A DNA stretch of 63,042 nt, filler included, from Globobulimina sp. (GCA_003354225.1; 44 parts of 44 records of this genome joined end to end with filler, not necessarily neighbours in it), one strand, 5' to 3'; numbered from the whole stretch's first letter, positions 35,284-47,872 are shown. Translations and numbers: made by a program. Notes: generated by a model from the sequence alone, not told the origin.

Positions 35284-35950
35284 AGAATAATTTTTTTTTT
35301 GTATATACATTTTTTCTGACTTTCTGACAAAACATTGCTGTGCTCATCGAATAGCTCCGTTTATATCGTAAACAAATCACCCACGTAATCACCTATACAC
35401 TTGTTAAAGGTCTAAAGTAAGTACAGTGATAAAAACGTTTTAATAAAAGTTAAAAAAAATGATTTAACAATACTTGGAATCTCGTAGATGTCTGATTGTG
35501 AGGTAGCACGAGCTATTAGTTAATTATTTTGCCATTTATATTTTCTTACCGTTTTTTATAGACTCTCCAGTATCACAATTCAAATCACCAGTTTATTGTA
35601 TTTATATTTAGATAATGGCAACCTTTTACATGTGTTACAATCCAATGTGCTGTGTTTTTTATCCATTATTCTTTTTTTTAATTCTCCCAATGAAATACAT
35701 GTCTTATTTGCTCTCATCAATTTTTTTTTTTGGTGGTTCCTCCTCATTATTTGCTGGCTGTGTTGCTCTGTTTCTTTTTCTTTGCTANNNNNNNNNNNNN
35801 NNNNNNNNNNNNNNNNNNNNNNNNNNNNNNNTTAATTAATTAANNNNNNNNNNNNNNNNNNNNNNNNNNNNNNNNNNNNNNNNNNNNTTAATGCGACACA
35901 CACACAATTGCAGATCGACATTTGCTCCCTTTGTGATTTATATGCGTTTT

Positions 35951-36862
35951 CTAATTTGTTGGGAGCTCATACCGATACATTGAGGATGCGCCACCCATTG
36001 CAAGTATTGCAAAATATTTTACATTTTTATCAATGGCAAGCACTTGAGACCAACATTCATTATGACAGTATTGCAAGCACCAATTATCGCAATCAATTCT
36101 CATTTTAATATAACTCCCAACATTCCAATGATCAATGCCTTCCAATTTTATTCTGCCACAATGTGTTCGAACACGGCCAGTATGTCTCCACCAAAAATAT
36201 CGATGACTACCAAACGCCTCATTATATAAATAAATATGTCCCAATTGTTGACTTTTTAAGATATTTAAATCAGTTTCGGAAATTATACCAATTTTATCAT
36301 TTGGATGGCATGCAATGCATTGAAATGTTAACTCGTGAATACCAAAATAAATCGGTATCTCCGAAATAAAAACAATATCTGTTGTGAAATCTGTAGTGTT
36401 TTTCCCTTGCAATAATTGGTACTGTTTGAATGGATTTGGCTGTTTAACCATACAAACTCCACAAAACCAATCAGTTAAAGGCATGGTTGCTAAACCTGAA
36501 CAAAATAAATCTGACGAATTTGAACATCCAGCACAAAATAGTAATACTTGAGAACCTCCACAAAGATAACAATTGCCATCAACATCTAACGGCTTTGTCT
36601 CGTTAATGTTTTGTTTATCACTTTGTTGCCGTTCATATATTGTTTTTAAAGTTGAATGCGTTTCATCATAAATAGTGAAATATGAATTTATTTCTAGTAT
36701 GTATGGAAAGCATATTTTGTTAATAGCTCGCGGTATTATTGAATATAAAATATATTGTACTCTGCGAATATAACCATCAATGACAATATTCAATGAACGT
36801 GCGTCTCTGAAACATGAGTTGGCATCTTCTATTCTGCGATAATTGCAAGTATAAAATGACAT
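35951..36862 (-). CDS. Box-motif + PHD-like finger + SPRY-like protein
   Basis: IVIDGYIR..IIPRAINKIC; CYLC..CAGC..DWFCGVC; GIHE..DKIGII..WNVGSYIKMRIDCDNWCL. Confidence 0.75.
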   Translation of the reverse strand: MSFYTCNYRRIEDANSCFRDARSLNIVIDGYIRRVQYILYSIIPRAINKICFPYILEINSYFTIYDETHSTLKTIYERQQSDKQNINETKPLDVDGNCYLCGGSQVLLFCAGCSNSSDLFCSGLATMPLTDWFCGVCMVKQPNPFKQYQLLQGKNTTDFTTDIVFISEIPIYFGIHELTFQCIACHPNDKIGIISETDLNILKSQQLGHIYLYNEAFGSHRYFWWRHTGRVRTHCGRIKLEGIDHWNVGSYIKMRIDCDNWCLQYCHNECWSQVLAIDKNVKYFAILAMGGASSMYRYELPTN

Positions 36863-36926
36863 TCTGGTTACAGTTTTCAGTGAGATATAGGTTCAGTGCT
36901 TCATCCAACAGATACGTACTAGACTG

Positions 36927-37193
36927 ATGAAGGTGGCTTTGTTATTGATTCTATCATGTATTTATTGTATGGTCGTATCAAAAATTCCAAAAAAATATAA
37001 ATCCAAAGAGGATAAATCTTTGTATTGCAATATTTGTGAGAATATAATGATCGATGTCGCAGAAGCTGTTATGGAGAATGTAGCAGATTTAAGTGGCACC
37101 GTGAAATCATATAAAATGGATTCCAAAGGAAATCGGAAAGAAAAAACATTTTCTTATGAATTTGACGAAGATGATATACTTAACGCAATTGAC
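36927..37193 (+). CDS. Canopy/saposin-like (DUF3456) ER protein, first exon
   Basis: Signal peptide, LYCNIC, SYKMDSKGN..SYEFDE; GT donor near 37195. Confidence 0.7.
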
Positions 37194-38757
37194 GGTGCGC
37201 AATATATATGAATTAGTTTTGTNNNNNNNNNNNNNNNNNNNNNNNNNNNNNNNNNNNNNNNNNNNNTTAATTAATTAANNNNNNNNNNNNNNNNNNNNNN
37301 NNNNNNNNNNNNNNNNNNNNNNATTACATAATTACTTATACAGACTGACTCGATGGTTGCAGTCGATAGGGGAAAAATGTCACTCGATCAGGGAAAAAAC
37401 ATTTACGCTCAAAACTCCTTAAAGCTCAATCACCGCACTCGAAATCATGTGAGCTCAGCTGAATCTGACTAGTTCAAGAGTCAGGTAAACGCCGGATATC
37501 TGATTGACTAAGTTTTTTAAAGCTTTTTGCCAATAGACCACATTTAGGGACAGAATCGCAAAAGAAGTGTATATATATTTAGTATATATATTTAGGATAC
37601 CTCCAATTGCCATCAACGATAGATTTAGAAATCAAAGAGGAAGATTTAAGTTATTTTGATGAATCAAAGATTACCACGCATTTAAATGATATTAACTTGG
37701 ATTTGGATTTGACTTTTAACGCAGTTGAGACTGGTGAGGAAGTCTTGGATTTATTTGATGACATTGAAGATATCAACAATACGATGGATATCAGCATGGA
37801 AAACACAGTAAATGAGTCATTTGCGAATAAGTGGAAGAATTGGGAGAAAAAAGAATTGTTGAATCTGAAGGATGGAGATTATTACAAGCCATTTTCGTCG
37901 ATGTTATGATTGGAGCAAAGTAGTCGTATTGGATGTATTTCATGTATGTGATTTGCGCGTTTTTATTTATTTTTGTTATGTGAAATTACATTGTTTCTTT
38001 ACATTTTTCTTTTATTTTTATCATTATGGTTTCGGATTTATTTTTTTCACTTTGATTTATTTAATAATTGAGTTTTTTGTATATTAGCTCAATTTTTGGT
38101 GTGTAGATGCTTTATTTTTTCATCTGTGTTGTTTCTTTTGTGTAGTGTGTCGTTTTAGTGTGTGTAAGTTTTTTGTTTGTGATTTAAGTTAGTCGAAAGC
38201 TCAGTGAAATAAACAACAAATAGAACAAACTAATTCGTACTATAAATCTATAAACAGCAGATTCTTTCTATAAATTTAGCGAGACTTATATCGTTTAGGT
38301 ATGAAGTATGGGTATATTTATATTTATATCTATATTGAGAAAAAAAAAGATAAAACGTCAATCAATAATAATAACATCACTTAGTTCCCGTTTCCTTTGT
38401 GGTGTGAAAGCAAATAATTCAAATTGTTGCTCCATATAATACCCTAATATTTGACAATGTTGTTTAAATTTTACATTTTTTTTGGCCATTTCTAATAATA
38501 AAACAATTGTGTAAAGATATTTGTAATCTGGTTGTAATTTACAATTATTTGCTGCATGAACAACACCTAAAATCATAGACTGAGCACCAAAAAATGCCAA
38601 ATTCTGTGCAGTTGATTTATATTCATTAAAATATCCGTAATATTTATTAAATTTTGCNNNNNNNNNNNNNNNNNNNNNNNNNNNNNNNNNNNNNNNNNNN
38701 NTTAATTAATTAANNNNNNNNNNNNNNNNNNNNNNNNNNNNNNNNNNNNNNNNNNNN

Positions 38758-40092
38758 TTAGATCGCCCGATTCGCCATAAAAATGAATCAAAGTGTTCAA
38801 CAGTTGAATGGTAATGCGGTTGTAATCCATATTCGTTATATTGAGTATATTTTGACCACGTTCAAAGTCTTTCAGAGATATACAGGCCTTCAATGCAAAT
38901 ATATGAGATATATCATCGTATTCGCTCCATTGACTGTATAATTCCAATGTATGTACATATTGTTGATTGTTATACAATGCTTGTAACATACAATTGAGAC
39001 TGGACACGTTTTTATTTTGCATTTGGTTGAATATATTTGAGGCAGATTGGAGATCTCCAAAATGGCCATAAAAATGGATTATCGTGTTTTGAAGCTTAAC
39101 CTCCAATGCATTATTTACATTACAATTGATTATATTTAGGCCCTTGTTATAATCATTAATATTTATACACAGTTTAATGGCTAACATATGTAATATATCA
39201 TTATGTAATGTATTATATTCATGGTACAGCAACAAAGCATTGTTATGTTCATTGTTATTCATCAGACATTTCATCATTACACCAATGGTAATTGCATCTT
39301 TTTTGCAATCATCAATGGAGTAAAATATATTTTTTGCATCGTCAACTTTTCCAAAATGTCTGTAAAAATCAATCAATGTGTTCTTTCCATTTATATTTAT
39401 ATTTATATTGCTGTCAATTATTTTATTTCCACGCTCAAAATTATTTAACTTTAGACAGGCTCTGATGGCCAACAAATGATAAACATCGTTGTGCTCTTTA
39501 TGTGATGCATCGATATCGATATCGTCATATAACAACAATGCTTTTTCACATTGATCACAAACTATAAAACATTTCATCATCGCCCCAATACATACAATAT
39601 CCATTTTTTTATTCGGAATAGAATTAAAAATATTTACCGCTTTATCCATTTCACCTAATTGGCCATAAAAATTAATCAAACTGTTTTTCAATTCAACACT
39701 CAAATATTTATTGTTATCGTTATTGTTTAAGATATTTGTTTCAATCAATTGCAATATTTTGCCAGTTTGATAATTATTACTCTTTGTCAATGCTTTTAGG
39801 AACAAATTATTGGAGAAATTATCATGTTGCAATGGATCCAATTTATAATACACATTGATGGCTTCGTCATATTTTTCTTTCTCAATCAGACATTTCATCA
39901 TTGCACAATAAGTAATTACATCTTTTTTATCATTCGGTATCGATTCAAATACATTCCACGCATTATCTAAATCATTAAAATATCCACAAAATGTAATTAA
40001 TGTGTTTAATAATTTAATATTTGTGTTATAATTAATATCTATGTTCTCGTTAATAATTTTTATTCCGTTTTCATAGTTATCCGCATTTATAC
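38758..40092 (-). CDS. Pentatricopeptide-repeat-like protein (partial at both ends)
   Basis: Repeated NTLIxFYGxxGDxxxAxxIF and xMMKCL helices. Confidence 0.88.
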
Positions 40093-40426
40093 NNNNNNNN
40101 NNNNNNNNNNNNNNNNNNNNNNNNNNNNNNNNNNNNTTAATTAATTAANNNNNNNNNNNNNNNNNNNNNNNNNNNNNNNNNNNNNNNNNNNNCCCATTGA
40201 TGATCTTAAATGTGGTGCCATAGATGTTGGCGGATTTACATTTTGCGGCAGGAGTTTATATTTATTATTATTAATCGCCGGTATATTTGGTATTATTAAT
40301 CCATTAGTTCTACTCCGGCCAATCGGATCGCCGCCGCCACCTCGTTTTTTATTTCCAAAAATATCTACTGTTGCGTCAGCGTTTTTCTTTCTCCAATTTG
40401 ATGATGGCCTCATCACCTGACCTTAC

Positions 40427-41418
40427 TAGGGCTTTCCGATAAGTACTGATTTTTTTTACAGTTCAAAAACGCTTTCCAAGCATAGTCACAATCCTATCGA
40501 ACAGGCCTTAAATCGCTATGCCTGTGTCTCATCGTAATGTCGTAATGCTATTATTATTAATATCATTATATCTCGTCGAGCCGCGTCTATTTGCGGCAAA
40601 GTACAAGCAAAGGATCCCTTTAATATCAACAAAGGCATTGCATTTAAACAATAGGAGCCAATTTATTAGTTTATTTGGATTTGAGTATCAATTTATTAAA
40701 AGCAAATTTTTAGATGTTATTCGGCCCATTTTACGCTATACAAGGGAGAGTATTAAGGATTGGATCAATGGCGGAATATTAAGGTTGTCAAATAGCGGGA
40801 GACGTTATCGATTGACCCCCTATGATCGCTGCTTAATGACATTAATGGTGTTGCGAGATTTTAATGTAAAAATGTTGGAAATTACGTGGGGATTATGTAA
40901 ATCAATTATTTATATGGACGTTTATTTAATTTTAGAAGTATTTTTGAATTTGCGCGGCAATGAATTAGTATTACCCTTAGTGGGTTCAGTTGATTATAAC
41001 GCGTTGGTTGGAGCTGGTGTCTTTGAAGGTAAATTCGATCGGGCCGTATGGATGATGGATGGCCACAATGTTAATTTTCTTTCAGTTTGAAACTGACTCT
41101 ATTTTGTGTGAATATATACAAATAATATAGGTCAGTATAGTAAAACCGCCGCGACAACAAAGAGAATATTATAATGGAAGATCGAAAAAGCATACGGTTA
41201 ATTTTTTAACTGTTCATTCTGGATTTGGAAGATGTTACCATTGCCATGGAGGTGAACCAGGTCGTATAAACGACATAGATTTATTACGGCGGAGTGATTT
41301 TGCGATTAATATTAATGTTTATGTGGCTATTAATGCGGGACATTGGGTGATGTGCGATGTGATTTGGAGATTTGAGGGTATTATACCTAAATTTATTCAG
41401 TTTCAAACTGAAACCTAG
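40427..41418 (+). mobile_element. PIF/Harbinger-type DDE transposase with putative left terminus; intron 41070-41130
   Basis: HTH region, spliced MDGHN|VSIVKPP, YYNGRSKKHTVN, GEPGRIND, VMCD; ATG at 40518. Confidence 0.85.
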
Positions 41419-41627
41419 GAGGGGGCAAGCCCCTAAAACCCTAGAGGAATTTTTAATCCATGAAAATGAGAATAATCCATGGACAATCCATGAAAATGAT
41501 AATAATCGATGAAAATGAGAAAAATCCNNNNNNNNNNNNNNNNNNNNNNNNNNNNNNNNNNNNNNNNNNNNTTAATTAATTAANNNNNNNNNNNNNNNNN
41601 NNNNNNNNNNNNNNNNNNNNNNNNNNN

Positions 41628-42881
41628 TGTTGCTTTGTTTCATTAATACCGTTTTTATTCGTTGTATTTGATGAATAATTTAGTTTTGTGAATAATGTGG
41701 GGTTTAATGTGGGTTCAAAAGTGGGGTTCAATGTAGGATCCAGTGTAGGATTAAATGTTGGATTTGAAGTTTGAGTCATTCTGAATCCCTGATGATATAC
41801 AATATTATTCTCATTATTTTCAAATCCAAATATCCAGCTACTATCATCTGATATGAATATTGTATTCCTATCATTCCCGTTATACCTCGCAACTGTTATT
41901 ATTGTATAATTATTTTCATTTAAGTTTAATAATTTTGGTATTTGGATTGAGTCAAATTTAGAGCCATAAATATAACTGTTATTATTTTGTTTTTTGTAAA
42001 ATAATCCTAACTTTATTTTATTATAAATATATGATGAATTAATATGGTTGTTATTCAATGAATAATCAAACCATTCATTTCTACTCAAATCATATGAGAA
42101 ACCATCAAACCATCCCAATATACCATTTACTTCTACATTGCAACTAATTACTGATTGTAGCTCTGACTCTGAAATATCTAAAAATTAAAAAATAAACATT
42201 AATAAAGAAATAGAGGGCAGTATCTAAAAAAATATAACTTTGTCGAAATGGGGGCGTTATGGGATCATTGATATATGTTATTTTGTTGGTGTTTATTGTA
42301 TCATTTATTGACAAAATAATGAAAATCGAAAATATTACGAAAATGATATAAATTGGTATTAATACGATACAATATCTTTCTCCACGATGATTCATAGCAA
42401 ATTCTGATCGGTATTTGTAATATTTATTCACGTGCACACCAGCATCATTTGGTGCATTTGGAGTACCATTAATTTCTGCGATTATTTCATTTGGTGCGTT
42501 TAATTTGTATGCAACATATTTTAGTTCAAATTGATGTTCGTTATTATCTCTTAAATGATTTGAATGAGTGCGTGATTTCGTGTTTAATAACGTTTCTTCG
42601 CTTTCGTTCAAAATATTAATTTCTTGCGATGTTTGGATATGTAATTCAAGTTTATGTGGATATTTCTCATCTTCTGTAGAATTTAGTGCCTCGTCTTCTG
42701 CTTTTAAAATTGAATTGATTTGCAATTCAATTTCATGTGGGTATTTTTGCTCTTCTTCGGATGCCGATGGGTTAATCATCAACAAAATGTTTTTTAAGTG
42801 AGTATGAACTGTGAAAAATTGTAATATTATAAACGATGAGCTCTTCTCCTGTTTCCTCATTGCTGCCAACTGATTTATCAT
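41628..42881 (-). CDS. Type II membrane protein with LamG/ConA-like lectin domain and PT repeats; intron 42178-42238
   Basis: Splice joins two ORFs in frame (FRQ|NISES); WFDYSLNNNH..YIYG..NYTIITVARYNG..IF..WIFGF..YHQG. Confidence 0.7.
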
Positions 42882-43223
42882 CGTTTATAGCCACACCACC
42901 ATCAACATATGAATACAATTCTGGCTTTTCTCAACAATCATTTTTAACGACCGGTTTCAATGNNNNNNNNNNNNNNNNNNNNNNNNNNNNNNNNNNNNNN
43001 NNNNNNTTAATTAATTAANNNNNNNNNNNNNNNNNNNNNNNNNNNNNNNNNNNNNNNNNNNNTATTTGGAAGCTGTGAAGCACAGATTTGTGTTAGACAC
43101 ATCTTTGGGGACTAGCTGTTACAATATTTGAAGAAAAGTACAACAGGTTCTTTACGAATTTGCATGTTTATTTTTGCATACAATATATTTATTATTTATT
43201 AATAAAATAAAATAAATTATTTA

Positions 43224-44268
43224 CTAACAAAATGAAAATCCAAACAACAAATCACAACTAAATGTTGATGTATCTCTATTTGTATTATTTTCTTGACGAT
43301 TTTCATCGTTTACCAATGGTTGTAATTCTTCAACACTTTTACTTTTACTGTTTAAATCATCAACATTTTCTTTTACAAGATTGGAATTGGACGCAACTGC
43401 AGGCGCAGCTGCATCGATATTGATTCGCGAACTGCGTCGTATCTGACTATTCTTTAATTCCTGCTCCATTTTCAATTGAATTTCATTCTCTAACGCTTGA
43501 CTTTTGCGTTGTTCATCCAATAATTGCTGCTTTAATTCATTTATTTGCATTCGATAAAAGTTATCGTTTCCAGACGAAATTGGCGAAGTCATAGATTCTA
43601 CACTCAACACATTGCGCATGCGTTGCGTAACTAATTCATACTCAATATCTAGATCTGCATCGGGTGTGGTTGCCAATATATCATCGTGAATTGATGGACT
43701 TTCATCACCATACACGTCCGTTGTGGTTATACCTAAAATGCCATCAACATCATCCATCGGACGCATCAAGTTTATTTTAATAGTTTCATTGTTCTGGTCA
43801 TGATCATAGGATTGATTTTGTAAGAAAACAATCTCTTGCGCCTGCTCTGTGCACTCTGATTCCAATAAATTTATGTCAATTTGTTGTTGTTGTATCAGTT
43901 TGTTTAGATCTTCAATCTGTATTTTTATAGAATTGTATACAAATTCATAAAATAAAATATAACACAACTTTTGCAATTAAATTGGCTTTATCCATCCTCA
44001 AAGATTTGATAAATAAATCTTTATCTTTCAACTGCTGCTTACTGTGTTCATTTGATTCGACATTTTGTAGTTTTAAAGCGTTTAATTCGTTTTGTGTGTC
44101 AGAGGTATTTTTTACTGACTGTCTGCTGTTTAATTCACTTACTATGTCAAGAAAGTTTTTTTCTTCATAGGATAGATATTGTTTATGCTGCTCATATTCA
44201 TCGTGGACCATTGATATTTGTTCTTGTAAATTGTCGCCGCGTTCTTGCAATCGGCGGCTGTCAAACAT
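43224..44268 (-). CDS. Coiled-coil protein, spliced (intron about 43918-43969)
   Basis: Heptad-rich ORFs joined by a GT-AG intron. Confidence 0.65.
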
Positions 44269-44497
44269 AAATTGACAAAAATTTCATGCCAGATATCATA
44301 CTGTTGATTGTCACGCATAAAACAGATTCTCCCCGTAATTGAATGTATACTCAATCTGTTTTTATATATAAGAAATTTCAGATTGTTTTCTGAAATGNNN
44401 NNNNNNNNNNNNNNNNNNNNNNNNNNNNNNNNNNNNNNNNNTTAATTAATTAANNNNNNNNNNNNNNNNNNNNNNNNNNNNNNNNNNNNNNNNNNNN

Positions 44498-44974
44498 TAA
44501 TTCAAAGTCTTCTATATCTCCCACAAAATGCGATATTAAATGAATTAATATCATACCAATTGCTAAGTGTTAAGCTAGTGTTATTGTTATGTAATATAAA
44601 ATAAATAAATGATTTTGAGTTTATATACCTGTGTACAGTGTAATCCACATCAATGATGGTTCAAATGCCAGAGCTTCGATAAATAAAATTATGGAACAGC
44701 CGGACATTAAACCTGCGGCAAAAATAAGGGATAATCCCATGATATGTTCAGGTAATTCACCTACTAAATATAAGGGGAATCCACCCAAACCAGTTGTGAG
44801 TGCTGCAATGGAAGCTTTGAATAATAATATGCTCCAATTTGAAACATCGTTATGTTCAGTAACGGACGTTTCTGTCGTTTGTTTAGAATATAAATTCAAT
44901 CGATAAGCTATATAACACATTATTGCACCCACTACAAATGTCAGAAAGTATCGTATGCCATTCATTTCTATCAT
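44498..44974 (-). CDS. ZIP-family (ZupT/ZIP11-like) metal transporter, 5' part
   Basis: AALTTGLGGFP..GLSLIFAAGLM..S; intron donor near 44628. Confidence 0.8.
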
Positions 44975-45932
44975 TGTCAGAGCTGTGTATGTTTTTTTTA
45001 TTATCTTTTCTTTTTTTATTCCATGTTTATTTTATATCTCACTTATGAAGACAAATCAAGACATATACTGTTTTTCCCACGTCCCACGAGTTATATAGAT
45101 GTAGTTTGACCAAATTAAAAAAATAAATAAACTGACAAAAAATACTTTCATTAATTCAAATAAGCATCACAATCGAGTTCTAATTAATTGAGCAGACGCA
45201 CCATCACAAAATTCAAACACAAAAAAAATATAAAATAATATAAAAGCTCACAAAGTCCATACACAAGAATTAATTAAAAAGTTGCTGATATATAGCGTCT
45301 AATAGCGATGCGTCAACCAACAACACTTAACTAACCACAATATTACGTATAAAACTTTTGTTTATTCACCCTTGCAGCCGCCTCAATTTTCCTCCAACAA
45401 TGTCTACGCTTGCCATATTTCTCTGCATTGGTAAGTTTTTTCCCTTTATATTTATGCCAACATATGGTAAGTTTTTTCCCTTTATGTCTCAAGCTTTTGT
45501 TTAATGCCAACATATGGATCCTCATTTTTCCTCTCTGCGTCTGCCACAGCTCGCGCACTCTTCCTCTCGTTCTTAACCTGTCGAGCAAAATATTCACGCA
45601 TCTTTTTAAAATATTTTTTATCTTTTTCCCTATATATCTTTTCAACCTCTTTTGAGCGCTCACAAACTGTACATTCTCTTTCTTTAATCCGACATCCGAC
45701 ATCTCCCATTTTATTCTGCCTGAATGCAAACACAAACAAACGAACACAAACGCAAACAAACGCAAAAGATGTAAGACATGAAATAAAAGCATGATGTAAG
45801 AGCTTAGCCCACTCAAAAACAATGACAAACAANNNNNNNNNNNNNNNNNNNNNNNNNNNNNNNNNNNNNNNNNNNNTTAATTAATTAANNNNNNNNNNNN
45901 NNNNNNNNNNNNNNNNNNNNNNNNNNNNNNNN

Positions 45933-47267
45933 CACGGTATCGGTATTCATATACAATTGCTTTTGTTCCTTGATCCTTTCATTATTAATTTTATGGTGAC
46001 ATACTTGAATTTATTCTATCGTTTGGGATATTTTCCACGCATACACAAAATCACATATATTACAGCTATCCCTAAACCAAAACGTGACCCTCATCTTATT
46101 GATAATTACCGGGAAATATCTCTGAATGGCTGTGTCAAAAAGATCTACGAATTATGTCTCTTGCATAAAGGGATTGAATTTGTGGTGGTTTGCGATTCGA
46201 TCCACCCAAATAATACTACCAACATGAAGGGGAACTCTACGCGAGATATTGTAGCATTAATGATAAATGATATTCATACGGGATGGAATAAGCACATTCC
46301 AACATATGCAATTTTCTCTGATATTTCCCAGGATTTCCCCTCCGTTTGCTATGACATTATGATCCAACGATTACATCGATACTTTGGTTTCTCTTTAAAA
46401 TATGTACAAGTTATATATGATCTATTTATTAATTGTTGGTGCGCTGTGATTGTAAATGGGATACGCTCAAAATGGTTGTTACAACTTATCGGATTAGCAC
46501 AGGGCCGGCCATTGAGCCCATTTCTCAATATGCTATATTTAGATCCTTTGTACTATGCCATCCCACGATATCTGCCCATAAAGTTATATATATACGTCGA
46601 TGATTTAGTGATTTGGACCATATTAAAAACGATATTTACGTATGATATTGAGGCAGGATTACAATATGCAATCAATAATATTGTGAGTTGGCTGTATTTT
46701 AATGGCATGCAGCTATCTGAAAATAAAACAAAATACATCATTTTTTATACAAATCATATGAAGAAAAATCACTATGTACCTACACCAAAAATAACCATCA
46801 ATAATATCATCAAAACAAAACCTGCGAAATATGTCAAATACGTTGGCTATTATTTAACGTATAATTTATCGCCACGTACCCACATAAATCATATTGTCCA
46901 ACGCATATATTTGGACTTTAGAGACATACAAAACGTTCGTGTCCATACTCAACAATTTCGCACAAAAAAATTATTTCATTATCTTTCATCTGTAATATTG
47001 TCCAAAATTGAATATCCCGTATTATTATTTGCGTGTTCATCCGCTAAAAAAGACAGTAAATCATTGAAACAAATGTATTATCGGATTATTAGATCGCTTT
47101 TCAATGCGTTACATACGATACCTTTGGATATACTTATTATACTCACTCCATTTGTACATTATGATAATTATATTAATATTAAATTGATTAAAAATTGGAT
47201 TAGTTTGCTATATATACATGATCGCAATATTTTGTTTGACATAATTGCCAATCATTGGATGCCAATT
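45933..47267 (+). mobile_element. Non-LTR retrotransposon reverse transcriptase (partial)
   Basis: IPKP..NYREISL, DISQDFPSV, GLAQGRPLSP, YVDD, KYVG. Confidence 0.92.
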
Positions 47268-47367
47268 NNNNNNNNNNNNNNNNNNNNNNNNNNNNNNNNN
47301 NNNNNNNNNNNTTAATTAATTAANNNNNNNNNNNNNNNNNNNNNNNNNNNNNNNNNNNNNNNNNNNN

Positions 47368-47872
47368 AATTAAATACTTTGATGCACTGTAAATCAGGAA
47401 AGAATAAAGCAGCATTATTGGCGCAAATGAATTACGCCATTTATTTGACGACAAGCTATTAAAACCTGCCTACATTTTTGTGAAAAGTTGGGGATTGAAC
47501 TGTGAAGAATATGCATTTGATATTGGTATTACATCTGTTTGTGCAGAAAGTAGTTATTTAGCGGCAGCCAAACATTTATTAGTAACAGCAAATAATTTTT
47601 ATAATCATAAAATAAACAAATATAAAAAATATGTAATTGATAATAAAATTAATACGAGACAATTAATATATGTCCCAATTATTATTGAGGACTATGGCGG
47701 TTTCCATCGTGAAGCTGTTAATTTAATCAAACAAATCGCAAAGAAGAGAGCGGCGAATATGAATATCGAAGTTCCCGACTCTATCGGCTATTGCTTTCAA
47801 TATATCAGTTCATGTCTGATGAAAGCCAATGCCATCGCCACTTTAAATCATTATGACATCTATCGGACATAA
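47368..47872 (+). mobile_element. C-terminal restriction-like endonuclease of a CRE/SLACS-type non-LTR retrotransposon, degenerate
   Basis: LMHCKSG, KPAY (for RPAD), AFDIGIT, KINKY, PIIIEDYGG, FQYISSCLMKANA. Confidence 0.75.

Noticed and set aside
40193-40416. Second (Myb/SANT) gene of the Harbinger element
   Set aside because: No Myb motif is visible and it lies outside the putative terminus at 40427; left unassigned
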